NCBI RefSeq assembly: GCF_002854065.1
Contig: NZ_CP024147.1
Source: Escherichia coli
GTDB lineage: Bacteria; Pseudomonadota; Gammaproteobacteria; Enterobacterales; Enterobacteriaceae
Strand: one strand, 5' to 3'
DNA length: 64,000 bases
In this document: one piece after another, positions 28,591 through 39,390 of the stretch
Layout of the letters: every line of letters begins with the position of its first letter
How positions within the stretch are numbered: the stretch's first letter is position 1
Made by a program: the position numbers and the translations under genes
Notes under the pieces: generated by a model
Told to the model about the DNA's origin: nothing
The model's input: only the letters and a program-made list of their open reading frames with translations
The model's database searches: none

Positions 28591-29637
28591 TTACTCCAGC
28601 GCATCCCATTTCTCCAGCAGTTCTACTGGAATTTCATTTATTACCTCCGAGAAGCGTTTTCCGACCAGGCGTTCTGCCTGGCGCAGCAAAGGAATGGACG
28701 GGCTGCTCGGTTCGCTGTGCTCAAACCAGCGACGGATAACACGCAGGCGTTCCAGCGCGTCGTTCCGGTCGCGGATTTGCCGGGGTTCTGCGCCGGTCAT
28801 CGGTGATATTTCCTCCGAGATACGCACCGGTAGCGCAATCTGCTCTGCCTGCATCTGTTCAGTATGATCGATGGTGGCGTTCTCCGGCTGTTCAGCCTGT
28901 GGTTGTGGCAGGATCTCCGGCGTGGTGCTCTGCACTGCTCCCGGCAACAGGGCTAGCAGTTGCGTCAGACGGGAGAAGTCCGGTGCCTGGTCATTCAGCG
29001 TTTCACGCGCATGGCGTTGCAGCCGCTCAGTGGTCTCTGCTGCCTGGCGAAAGGCATCCAGCGGCAGTGTGCCGCGCGCTTCCAGGTCTGCCAGTTGCTG
29101 GCGTACCGATTCTGGTGCCAGCGCATCCGCCGGACGTAATGCAGATAGCGAACGCTCCACATCCCGTACCTGAAGGCGCATGGCAGCATTATTTGACAGT
29201 GTAATGCCACGAATATCCGCCATTACGCCTTCGTGGTCCAGCAACGCCGCCAGCGCGTTACTGCGTGCCACCGCAGCATCTTCGGCGGTGATATCTTCAG
29301 TCGCGAGCAGTTGAGGATGGATGGCGTCCGGGTACGTGGCGCACAACGTTTCCAGCAGCGTGAGCGTCTCCGCCAGTCCCCTGGCACCGGCCTGCTGGAT
29401 ACGGCAGCGCAGCAGGACAACCAGAATGCGGATATCTTTGCTGCGCATCAGCAGACGATGGGCGTCCCGCTCAAGCTCCGCCCAGTTAATGTTTTCAGGC
29501 GTACTGACAAAATCGCCATATTGCGCTTCTTCACGCGGTGCGGCGCGGGTGAACAGCAGCAGGTATTCCGGATCGTACTCCAGATCCGGGCCGCAGGGGC
29601 ATTCCGCCGAAATTGGGTCAGACAGGAATATTTCCAT
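28591..29637 (-). CDS. tssA: T6SS ImpA-N-domain protein (TssA-like)
   Basis: 348-aa ORF; N-terminus …ISAECPCGPDLEYDPEYLLL… resembles the ImpA_N signature. Confidence 0.7.
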   Translation of the reverse strand: MEIFLSDPISAECPCGPDLEYDPEYLLLFTRAAPREEAQYGDFVSTPENINWAELERDAHRLLMRSKDIRILVVLLRCRIQQAGARGLAETLTLLETLCATYPDAIHPQLLATEDITAEDAAVARSNALAALLDHEGVMADIRGITLSNNAAMRLQVRDVERSLSALRPADALAPESVRQQLADLEARGTLPLDAFRQAAETTERLQRHARETLNDQAPDFSRLTQLLALLPGAVQSTTPEILPQPQAEQPENATIDHTEQMQAEQIALPVRISEEISPMTGAEPRQIRDRNDALERLRVIRRWFEHSEPSSPSIPLLRQAERLVGKRFSEVINEIPVELLEKWDALE

Positions 29638-29647
29638 TTAATTATCC

Positions 29648-30676
29648 TCAGTGCGCCAGGTAGTGTTCTGGTTCGAAAATCATGCCCGTCACCGGGTTGT
29701 CGTGCATGGCTTTACCCGCCCATGCGGTCCAACCCAGTTGGTACGGACCACCGGTAACAGCCGGAGGGGCGGCGTGGGGCTTTAGCTGTAGCTCAATTTC
29801 CCAGCAGTATTCAAAACCACTAAAGGCGCGGACCAGTTCGGTCAGGACAGGCAGGTTATTGCCGCCAGGCAGAAAACGTCGGTAATCCTCCAGCGTCAGC
29901 GGGCCGATAACCAGCCGGAACTTATACTGCATGTCCGGCACGGCCTGGCCGATAAGTGCACCATTGCCAATAACGGAAGAGGGGGCAGGCATCCCCAGCC
30001 GGGTTATCTCATCGTCCGCCACGGCTATCCAGTGCAGCACATACTCTTGTATCCGGAAAGGTACACCGAAATAGTGCGCCAGCGTGGTGGCCAGACCGTC
30101 CGGATTGCGGGACTCACGCACCAGATGGGCCGATGCCGCCAGACGAGCGTGAGCCGGCAACGGGCTGTCGGCACTCTCCCGCAAATCCTGCCCGCTGAGG
30201 CTGGCGACATAAAAGGCAAAGCGGTCATGTTGCGGTTTATCCAGACCGCCCCCGGCGGACTGGGCGCTGCGCCATGCCTGGTAAAACTGCGTCAGCCAGC
30301 GGTGATGAAAAAGATCAGAAAAACGGGTTAGCGTCGGGTCTCTTCGGCTTTCAGTCCGGTTGCGCGCCAGTTCGCTGTAGTGCAGCGGCAGTGGACCGTT
30401 CGGCCCCCACAGCCCGAGACTGTACAAACTGATGTGCAAGCGCTCTTCCTGCCAGCTCACACTGGCGATTTCCCGTGGCGCAAAGGTTAGCGCGGGCGTT
30501 TGTCCGAGGCGAAATTTTTCTATCCGTGGTTGCCAGGTGTTGCCCGCCGGAACGCTACACAACTGCACATCAACGCGGCGCATCAGGTTCAGAAAACCGT
30601 AACGCCAGGGGGTTTCCTGCGCCTGAGTGAAATCGTTGCTCATACGCTTCCCCGCTGTCCCGCCCTGACAGGCCAA
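29648..30676 (-). CDS. tssG: T6SS baseplate protein TssG
   Basis: 342-aa ORF immediately downstream of and overlapping the tssF-like ORF; size and operon position fit TssG. Confidence 0.7.
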   Translation of the reverse strand: MACQGGTAGKRMSNDFTQAQETPWRYGFLNLMRRVDVQLCSVPAGNTWQPRIEKFRLGQTPALTFAPREIASVSWQEERLHISLYSLGLWGPNGPLPLHYSELARNRTESRRDPTLTRFSDLFHHRWLTQFYQAWRSAQSAGGGLDKPQHDRFAFYVASLSGQDLRESADSPLPAHARLAASAHLVRESRNPDGLATTLAHYFGVPFRIQEYVLHWIAVADDEITRLGMPAPSSVIGNGALIGQAVPDMQYKFRLVIGPLTLEDYRRFLPGGNNLPVLTELVRAFSGFEYCWEIELQLKPHAAPPAVTGGPYQLGWTAWAGKAMHDNPVTGMIFEPEHYLAH

Positions 30677-32523
30677 GTCATAATTTTACCGCGCTGCATG
30701 CTGTGCAGCGTCATCTGCGAGAAGGTATTAATGGAAACATGGCGGGCGATATAGTGTTCCAGCACCAGGCCGAACAGATACGGACTGATGCCGGAAAAAC
30801 CTTCTTCATCCACCGTCAGTTCACAACTGACGCCACGCCCATAGACCAGTAGTCCGGAACCGGGCAGACGGCGGGTGACCGGGGTCGTTTTACAACCAAT
30901 CAGGCTGCGCACCTGGCGCGATTGCGGACTGTCATGAGCAGGAATAAACAGGTTCAGCAGATCTCGCAACGCCTGGCCGCCGGTACGGTGATCCAGATCG
31001 GCCAGCGGCAGATAATTAAAAGATAACTGGCGGATCAACCGCCATGCCATCTCACGTTCAGCCAGCGGGGGCTGCGGCGAGCGTGGCGGGCGGATAAGCC
31101 CTACGCCCGCCACCGGGATGGCCGCATCCACGGTTAGATCGTCCCGGCCATTGCGGGCAATAAGACAGGGCAGATCGCGGTTAGTGACCATGGCCGTGAT
31201 GGTGATGTGGCGCAGATTTTCCGGGTACGGCGCTTCATACTGGTCAACCAGCGACAGGAACACTTCCGAGCCCGTATAGGGGGTACGGGTGCCGTAACGG
31301 CGGGCGTTTTCTGATAAGCGGCGGGGCTCCCGGCGCAGGGAAAAATAACGTCCGTGATTGCCTTCATCATTATTGCGGGTGTGGTAGAGCGGGCGAAAGG
31401 CCATCTTCCGTGTGGTGTCGGTTTCCAGCCCTTCCACTTCCTGGACCGAGAACACCTCATAATCCAGCGGATGGGTTCTGTCCACCACCAGATGCTGTTC
31501 CGTCGTGCTGTGCGTGACATCGATCCGGGCGGTGACGCGGGGAAACAGGTTGATAACCGGGGTACAGAACAGGCTGAACTGTGCCGCATTTGTCTGGTGG
31601 ATCAGCCAGTCCGGCGGCAGGCGGTTCAGCAGGATAACAATCTCCGCCACGCCACCGTCAATTTTCTGTAATCCGGCAGACAGGCCTGTCGGGGTGAAAA
31701 AATAGAAGCGTTCCGGACAGGCAAAATATTCATGCAGCAGGTTATGACCGTGAAACACGTTCCACGCCAGCGGCAGCAGCCCCTGATCCGGCTCCAGGCC
31801 TTCGTACATAACGGGCTGTTGCAGATTCACATCCAGCGCGCCGTCAAAATGTCCCGGAATGCCAGCCAGGGTCGCGATGGCGCTGGTATGTAGAAGTTCT
31901 AACATGTGTGAGGCCGTACGCTCCTCGCCGCAGAGATAAAACGGCAGCCTATCCAGTCCTGCAAGCTGACTGAATGTTAGTTCACCAAAGGTGCGCAGGG
32001 TAATACGCAGCGCCCCGGCGACGTGAATGTTGGCCGGCAGGTAGCGGTGCAGGGCAGGCATATCCGGTGGCGCGGCGGTCAGTCGCGCCTCTTCGATGGC
32101 GAGCGGCCACAGCGTTACATCCTGGCTGCTGCGAAACTGGCAGGCAGTGCTTTCGCCTTCCGGAATGGCGGAGAAAAAGGCCGTGTCGCGCGGGACGGTA
32201 AATCCTTTCGCCAGATCGCCTTCTTCCGTATCGGGATGCAACTGCGCCACGCTCATTGAGGGCGTGGGTGTGACGTAATTGGGGCTGACCACTTCCAGCA
32301 GGCGCTGGGTGAAACGGGGGAATTCAGCGTCAATTTTTAGCTGCGTGCGGGCGGTCAGGAAGCTGAAGGCCTCGACCATTCGCTCTACATACGGATCGGC
32401 AATATCCGTTCCCTGCATGCCCAGCCGGGCGGCGACTTTGGGATGACGGGCGGCAAATTCGGCTCCCGTTTCCCGCAGATAGCTCAGTTCGCGGTTGTAG
32501 TATTCCAGTAGCCGTGGATCCAT
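30640..32523 (-). CDS. tssF: T6SS baseplate protein TssF
   Basis: 627-aa ORF; N-terminus MDPRLLEYYNRELSYLRETGAEFAARHPKVAARLG… is typical of TssF. Confidence 0.75.
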   Translation of the reverse strand: MDPRLLEYYNRELSYLRETGAEFAARHPKVAARLGMQGTDIADPYVERMVEAFSFLTARTQLKIDAEFPRFTQRLLEVVSPNYVTPTPSMSVAQLHPDTEEGDLAKGFTVPRDTAFFSAIPEGESTACQFRSSQDVTLWPLAIEEARLTAAPPDMPALHRYLPANIHVAGALRITLRTFGELTFSQLAGLDRLPFYLCGEERTASHMLELLHTSAIATLAGIPGHFDGALDVNLQQPVMYEGLEPDQGLLPLAWNVFHGHNLLHEYFACPERFYFFTPTGLSAGLQKIDGGVAEIVILLNRLPPDWLIHQTNAAQFSLFCTPVINLFPRVTARIDVTHSTTEQHLVVDRTHPLDYEVFSVQEVEGLETDTTRKMAFRPLYHTRNNDEGNHGRYFSLRREPRRLSENARRYGTRTPYTGSEVFLSLVDQYEAPYPENLRHITITAMVTNRDLPCLIARNGRDDLTVDAAIPVAGVGLIRPPRSPQPPLAEREMAWRLIRQLSFNYLPLADLDHRTGGQALRDLLNLFIPAHDSPQSRQVRSLIGCKTTPVTRRLPGSGLLVYGRGVSCELTVDEEGFSGISPYLFGLVLEHYIARHVSINTFSQMTLHSMQRGKIMTWPVRAGQRGSV

Positions 32524-32538
32524 CGGTCTCTCTCTGAA

Positions 32539-33033
32539 TTAAAAAAACGTAATGCGGCTCTGCTCCATATCCAGCGCGCTACGTACCCGGAATGCAGTCG
32601 GATACGGCTGCGTGAGGATCTCGCCGCGAATTTCAAACTGTAATGTGTTATGGCCACTCTGGCGGCGCTCATCCTGAAGTGGGATGATTTGCAGGGTGGA
32701 CGCTTTCAGCCGGGGTTCAAACCGGGTGATGGTTCGCAAAATGGCCCTGCGGATATCGTCCCACTTGTGCTCATACAGAAAGCTGCCCGCCAGTGGCGGC
32801 AGGCCGTAGTTAAGTACGGATGCTGCCGCGTACGGATAACGTGCAGCATCAATATCATCTTCATGGCTGACGGTGTTGAGCAGAAATGACAAATCCCGGC
32901 GGATGATCTCCTTAAGCTGAACCGGGCTGACGCTGATACCGTGGTCGCGTTTCTGGTTTGGGGCGTCGTCACACAGGCGGTCAAACAGCGTGGGCAGCAG
33001 GTGATTGCCTGGACGCTGGCGGGAAGCGCTCAC
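32539..33033 (-). CDS. tssE: T6SS baseplate protein TssE (gp25-like)
   Basis: 164-aa ORF …LFDRLCDD… with GTG start overlapping the upstream stop (GTGA). Confidence 0.7.
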   Translation of the reverse strand: MSASRQRPGNHLLPTLFDRLCDDAPNQKRDHGISVSPVQLKEIIRRDLSFLLNTVSHEDDIDAARYPYAAASVLNYGLPPLAGSFLYEHKWDDIRRAILRTITRFEPRLKASTLQIIPLQDERRQSGHNTLQFEIRGEILTQPYPTAFRVRSALDMEQSRITFF

Positions 33034-33860
33034 GCGTCGCTTCCTTCAGCGGTGTTAAAGGTACAGGTGGACAAATCCAGCAGGCTGATATCGCCGTGAC
33101 CGGTGAGCCACACCCTCTGACCCAGCGCCTGTACCAGTGTCTCTCCCGGACCGTCCTGCCAGACTGTTTCCCGGCACAGACGCAGGGAGTCGGCAGCCTT
33201 TTCAGAGCCGCTGTAGCGGGGAAACAGCTAGGCACTGTGTGTATCGCCATTGTTCAGGGTGACGTTGACGGGTTTCCAGATCAAATCGATCAGATGCGCA
33301 GGCTGCGGCGATTTCAGCGAACAGATTTGTGAAAACGGCAGCCAGATATATGCTCCGCCCGCGATCAGTTCGAGTACCGGACCGGTACGGGAGTCGCTGT
33401 CGCTAATCCAGTCAAATGCGCCGCCATTCCACTGCCCGGAAGTGTCTGTTATGGCCTCAAGCGCGCGGCTGCGGTGGGTGTCAGCTTCCTGCGCTTCACC
33501 ACGGGCGTTACAGGCGAGGGCGGTCAGCAGATCCTCCATCCAGGCGGGCGGCGGGAGAATAACACCGGGTCGCTGTTCGCCCTGAAAGCAGACGTGGCGG
33601 TATATCTCACAGCGGATCAGCTCGCCAAATACCTGCGCTTCGCGGGTATAATTTGCGTCCATCCGGGCGCATAGCTGGATCTGTTGCAGTGCCCGCGACC
33701 AGTCGCCTGCCACGCAAAATAACTGAAACAGGCTGTGGCGGCTGGAGGCCTGCGCTGGGTGCATCCTGACCTGCAGCTCTGCCATCTGAATGCCCTCCGC
33801 CAGGGAATAATCCCGCAGCAGTGCCGACAAGGTAGTCGGTAGCTTGTTAATGTTTGTCAT
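33030..33860 (-). pseudogene. tagJ: T6SS accessory protein TagJ/ImpE (SciE)-like, interrupted by an in-frame amber codon at 33228-33230
   Basis: 210-aa ORF stops at TAG; the same frame continues about 65 codons to a TGA that overlaps the tssE start, giving about 275 aa in total. Confidence 0.55.
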
Positions 33861-34761
33861 GAGATATCTCTCCGTGTTGTGCCGGGTTTATCCGGTAATG
33901 GCTGTCAATGCCAATGATGCGATGCTCTTTCCGTGTCAGATCGGGCAGTACGGTGCTATGCGCTGTTTCCGGGGCGTATTCCGGGGAAAGTAAATGCAGG
34001 ATATCAGGGGGAGTCTTTTCGACAGGCCAGGCTGTTTCACCTTCGCCGGTGGCATCCAGTACATTGAGAATAGCGTCAATGCTTAACCCGCCAGTGACCA
34101 TATCCTGCAATGTCTCGGCTTCGGTGACCAGGTCACGCAATGAATCCAGATCCTGCGAGGTGGGCTCTTCGTTAAAGGGAAAAGGATCAGCATGGCGATG
34201 AAGATCTTGTTCGGGAGATAACAACGCCTCGCGGTATTCCTGATAAAGTCGGGTCAGGGCATTCCCTTTTTCCGCACCTTCTCCGGTGGAGGAGGCTCCA
34301 TGAACAGGAATGATATCGAATGGATTTTGTGATGTCAGATGCTGCTGCCTGAACCAATCCAGATCCAGATATTCGGTTATTGCTTCCGACGTGATGGCAG
34401 TCTGCGATATCGTTTTTACTGCGCTCAGGTCCGGAGATGATGGATTGCCATGTACAAGGCACCATGAAGATAACCCCCATTCTATCAGGTCGCCTTCATT
34501 CAGACGCATACGGTGATGAGGTTCCACAATCTGGTCGTTTACCGTACAGCAATATTCGGTAGACTGATTGATAATCCACCATGCTTCTTCGTGGCGGGTC
34601 AGAGTGAGGGCAATCTTTACATCATCATTCACCTTAAAAACAGGAATCCAGGGAGAGGTAACGGTGAAGATAATTTGTGTTCCTTCAGTCGCGTAAATTG
34701 TGTTATCGGCGATCCCGTGCGCCTGTATTTTTTGGAGTCCCCACGTAATATTTGGTTTCAT
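33847..34761 (-). CDS. tagH: T6SS-associated FHA-domain protein (TagH/Fha-like)
   Basis: 304-aa ORF; N-terminal region fits an FHA-like pattern (…WWIINQSTEYCCTVNDQIV…LNEGDLIEWG…); first gene of the minus-strand T6SS block. Confidence 0.5.
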   Translation of the reverse strand: MKPNITWGLQKIQAHGIADNTIYATEGTQIIFTVTSPWIPVFKVNDDVKIALTLTRHEEAWWIINQSTEYCCTVNDQIVEPHHRMRLNEGDLIEWGLSSWCLVHGNPSSPDLSAVKTISQTAITSEAITEYLDLDWFRQQHLTSQNPFDIIPVHGASSTGEGAEKGNALTRLYQEYREALLSPEQDLHRHADPFPFNEEPTSQDLDSLRDLVTEAETLQDMVTGGLSIDAILNVLDATGEGETAWPVEKTPPDILHLLSPEYAPETAHSTVLPDLTRKEHRIIGIDSHYRINPAQHGEISHDKH

Positions 34762-35208
34762 TGTGTATCACTGTGTAGAGTGTTTCTTTCAAAAGAATAA
34801 GTTTTCTAAATTTTTAGATAAGCAATGCTGATCAATTTACTTTATCAATATAAGTTTTCGCGGAAATATATAGTGGTGATTTTTAATTTAATATATTCAT
34901 GGTGTGTATGAAATTGACTTGCTCTATTGAATATCACCATGAAAAAGATACTACCTGCTATATTACATAGTGTTCTGTGATATGCATCATTGTTTCATTC
35001 TGCCTTTTTGATAATTCTATTAATTAGAAGTTTTAATCGGTACAGTTATGTTTATGTATCATTTATATGTTATTACATCATTAGGTGTAACAGATGGACA
35101 CTCCTGTTTCGCGCAGTGCACTATATGGAAAGCTAACCAAATCTTTGTTTAGATCTTTGGAATCTGCGACAACGTTCTGTAAATTACGTGCTAACCCTTA
35201 TGTCGAAC
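34762..35208. promoter_or_regulatory. AT-rich intergenic region upstream of the minus-strand T6SS operon (former divergent promoter region)
   Basis: About 450 bp of strongly AT-rich non-coding sequence between tagH start and IS2. Confidence 0.45.
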
Positions 35209-35219
35209 TGGATTTGCCC

Positions 35220-36125
35220 CTATATTTCCAGACATCTGTTATCACTTAACCCATTACAAGCCCGCTGCCGCAGATATTCCCGTGGCGAGCGATAACCCAG
35301 CGCACTATGCGGATGCCATTCGTTATAATGCTCGAACGCCTCTGCAAGGTTCTTTGCTGCCGTTAACCCGTCTGGTTTGGGCATGATACTGATGTAGTCA
35401 CGCTTTATCGTTTTCACGAAGCTCTCTGCTATTCCGTTACTCTCCGGACTCCGCACCGCCGTGTTCTTCGGTTCAAGTCCCAACATCCGGGCGAACTGGC
35501 GTGTTTCATTAGCCCGGTAGCATGAACCATTATCCGTCAGCCACTCCACTGGAGACGACGGAAGATCGTTGCCGAAGCGGCGTTCCACCGCTCCCAGCAT
35601 GACGTCCTGTACTGTTTCACTGTTGAAGCCGCCGGTAGTGACCGCCCAGTGCAGTGCCTCACGATCACAGCAGTCCAGCGCGAACGTGACACGCAGTCTC
35701 TCTCCGTTATCACAGCAGAACTCGAACCCGTCAGAGCACCATCGCTGATTGCTTTCTTTCACGGCCACTCTGCCTGTATGTGCCCGTTTCGATGGCGGTA
35801 CAGCAGGTTTTCGCTCAAGCAACAGCGCATTCTGGCGCATGATCCGGTAAACACGTTTGGCATTGATCGCAGGCATACCATCAAGTTCTGCCTGTCTGCG
35901 AAGCAGCGCCCATACCCGACGATAACCATACGTGGGCAGCTCTCCGATAACATGGTGTATACGGAGAAGCACATCCGTATCATCAGTGTGACGACTGCGG
36001 CGGCCATCCATCCAGTCATCGGTTCGTCTGAGAATGACGTGCAACTGCGCACGCGACACCCGGAGACAACGGCTGACTAAGCTTACTCCCCATCCCCGGG
36101 CAATAAGGGCGCGTGCGCTATCCAC
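35220..36125 (-). CDS. insD: IS2 transposase OrfB (InsD)
   Basis: 301-aa DDE transposase ORF inside IS2. Confidence 0.92.
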
Positions 36126-36448
36126 TTTTTTGCCCGTCCATATTCAACGGCTTCTTTGAGGAGTTCATTTTCCATCGTTTTCTTGCCGAGCAGGCGCTGG
36201 AGTTCTTTAATCTGCTTCATGGCGGCAGCAAGTTCAGAGGCAGGAACAACCTGTTCTCCGGCGGCGACAGCAGTAAGACTTCCTTCCTGGTATTGCTTAC
36301 GCCAGAGAAATAACTGGCTGGCTGCTACACCATGTTGCCGGGCAACGAGGGAGACCGTCATCCCCGGTTCAAAGCTCTGCTGAACAATTGCGATCTTTTC
36401 CTGTGTGGTACGCCGTCTGCGTTTCTCCGGCCCTAAGACATCAATCAT
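36083..36448 (-). CDS. insC: IS2 OrfA (InsC) HTH regulator
   Basis: [25 protein letters not shown]… inside IS2. Confidence 0.9.
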
Positions 36449-36539
36449 CTGTTCTCCAATGACTAGTCTAAAAACTAGTATTAAGACTATCACTTATTTA
36501 AGTGATATTGGTTGTCTGGAGATTCAGGGGGCCAGTCTA

Positions 36540-39390
36540 CGAACTGACGCATTGGTTGCATCAGTTAATACAACAACCAGAGAATGACATTCACAATGTG
36601 CTTCGACATTATCAAATAACATCTGCTGATGTTGAGAAGGCGTTAATTCAGCAATTGAATATATTGCCTGCCGGAGCGAGTGTAATTAACGATTTTTCCC
36701 ATCATATCGATCTTTCTGTTGAAAAAGCCTGGATGTTGGCAAGTATCCGCTTTGGCGATCAAAAAATTCGTAGTGGATGGTTATTACTTGCCTGGTTAAC
36801 CACGCCAGAATTGTGTCGGGTGTTAAAAAATATTTGTGCGCCATTGGCAGAGCTACCGGTAGATGAACTATTAGATATTCTTCCGTCTTTAATCACTTCA
36901 TCTCCTGAATTAACAGAAATGCCTTATGACGGCTCGGATTTAAATTCTGCAGTACCGGGGGAAGCTAGCCAGGTCTTTGCCGGCGAATCAACTGGAAGCA
37001 AATCCGCGCTGGCGAAATACTGTCAGGACATGACTGCGCTGGCCCGTGAAGGCAATATCGATCCGGTCACCGGTCGCGAACACGAGATCCGTACTATGAC
37101 GGATATTCTGCTGCGCCGTCGCCAGAACAACCCGCTACTGACCGGCGAAGCGGGAGTCGGGAAAACGGCAGTGGTGGAAGGATTCGCGCTGGCGATTGCC
37201 GGGGGGGAAGTACCGCCTTCACTGCGTAACGTGCGGTTGCTTTCACTGGATGTTGGCGCGCTGCTGGCTGGGGCGTCCATGAAGGGTGAGTTTGAATCTC
37301 GCCTGAAAGCGTTGCTGGAAGAGGCCGCGCACTCGCCGCAGCCGGTAATCCTTTTTGTTGATGAAGTTCACACGCTGGTGGGCGCTGGTGGGCGCTGGTG
37401 GTACATCCGGCACCGTCGCATCACGGGCAGTGTGCAGTCCTGGCAGTATACGCCGCGCGGGCTGCTGGCGCTCCATACGGATGAAGAGAAACGGGAGACG
37501 CGCTGGCAGTACACCCCGGAAGGGCTGGTTGCCAGTCTGAGCAACGGCAATGGGGCTCAGTACCGGTTCAGCTACGACGGCGACGGACGGCTGACGGGAG
37601 AACAGCGCCCGGACGGTCTGATACGGATGTTTGCGCTGAATGCGGGCGGGTTCCCGGTCATCATCCAGACGCAGGGCACAGAAGGAGGGATGCGTAATGA
37701 GCGACAGGAGCGTGATGCGCTGGGCCGCCTGCTGCGCAGTGACACGCAGCACAGTACACGGACCTTCAGCTACAACCGTCTTGACCAGATAACGGAAGTG
37801 ACGCTCACCCCCACGGAAGAAGGGGAACGGCTGCACCACATGCAGGCGGACAGGGTGCGCTTTGCGTATGACCGCAGCGGCTGGCTGACGGCAGAGCACA
37901 GCGTGCACGGCAGCATAAAGTACCGGCGCGATGCGCTGGGCAATCCCACCGATATCACCTTACCGGACGGGCAGCATCTCAGCCATCTTTACTACGGCAG
38001 CGGGCATCTGCTCCAGACGGCACTGGACGGTATCACGGTCAGCGAATATGAGCGTGACAGTCTGCACCGTCAGGTGATACGCACGCAGGGGAAACTGGCG
38101 ACGTTCAGCGGCTACAACGCCGACAACCGGTTAAGCTGGCAGCGCAGCCTGCCAGGTGGCAGCCAGAATCCACAGCAGGCCGGTACTCCCCCGGCGCAGA
38201 ACGACAGCGTGACGGCGCGGGACTATATCTGGAACGCAGACGGTGAAGTCGGCGGCATCAATGACAAACTGCGCGGTTGCCTGGTGTTCAGCTATGACCG
38301 CAGCGGCTGGCTGACCAGCCGCACGGGGCAGATGTATGACCATGACCATTATTATTACGATAAAGCGGGCAACCTGCTGACGGATGAGTATCAGGGAGCG
38401 GTGCTGGACAACCGCCTGCCGGGCTACGGGCGTGACCGTTACCGCTATAACGAATGGGGCGAACTGACAGAGCGCAGGGACCAGCAGCTGGAGTGGAACG
38501 CGCAGGGCCAGTTAACGCGGGTCATCAGCAGCAACAGCGAGACGCGGTATCAGTACGATGCGCTGGGCAGGCGCATCATCAAGGCGACCAGCAATCTCCA
38601 TACCGACCGGGGAGAACGAAGCCGGACAACGTTTGTGTGGGAAGGGTTCCGGCTGTTGCAGGAGACAACGTGGCAGGGAAAGCGGACATACCTGTACGAC
38701 GCGGAACAGCCGTACACGCCGGTGGCGGCCATCACCGGGCGCGGAGAGAGTCAAAAAATCTGGTATTACCATACGGACCTGACGGGCACGGTACAGGAGG
38801 TGACCGCGCCGGACGGGACGCTGGTGTGGGCGGGCTACCAGGCGGGATTTGGTGAAAACCGGGGCGACATCAGCAACAGCGGGGCGTACTTTGAACAGCC
38901 GCTGCGGCTGCCGGGGCAGTATTATGATGAAGAGACGGGGCTGCACTATAATCTGTTCAGATATTATGCGCCGGAGTGCGGGAGGTTCATAAGTCAGGAT
39001 CCGATAGGGCTGGCGGGTGGAATAAACCTCTATGCTTATGCTCCTAACCCAATTAGCTGGATCGATCCCTTTGGACTGGATTTACACCATATAATACAGC
39101 AAGAAATTTGGAAGGAGTTCAAAACAGATCTTAAAAAAGTCACCGGATATGTACAAAATGTCACGAAAAAGGCAGCCGACATGACAAACCTAATCGATCT
39201 GGATAAACCTTTTCATGGTAATCACCCAGCTTATAGTCAATATGTAAGAGAAGCAATCGAAGACCTGAAGGCTAATAATAACTTAACGTTGAAAGGATTA
39301 AGAGATTTACAAGATGATCTTAAAAAGAAAATAGGTGAAGCTCAAAAGTCTGGCAAAAATCTAAATGATTATTTTAAATCGGGGTGCTGA
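36540..39390 (+). CDS. chimeric ORF: 5'-truncated ClpV/TssH N-domain and AAA+ D1 Walker A region fused in frame to an Rhs YD-repeat core with a C-terminal toxin domain
   Basis: Residues …[13 protein letters not shown]…[13 protein letters not shown] are ClpV-like, then YD-repeat sequence (…[13 protein letters not shown]…), then the DPFGL junction and a roughly 110-aa C-terminal tip; no native start codon, as the track start lies inside the IS2 inverted repeat. Confidence 0.75.

Larger units (their letters stand above)
35209..36539 (-). mobile_element. IS2 insertion sequence (1331 bp) with 5-bp target-site duplication CGAAC
   Basis: Termini TGGATTTGCCCC… and …GGGGGCCAGTCTA; InsC/InsD ORFs; cgaac directly flanks both ends. 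Confidence 0.93.

Noticed and set aside
36502-36539. ATG start of the 962-aa track ORF
   Set aside because: The first codons come from the IS2 inverted repeat; the ClpV frame merely stays open across the junction, so this is not a native start.
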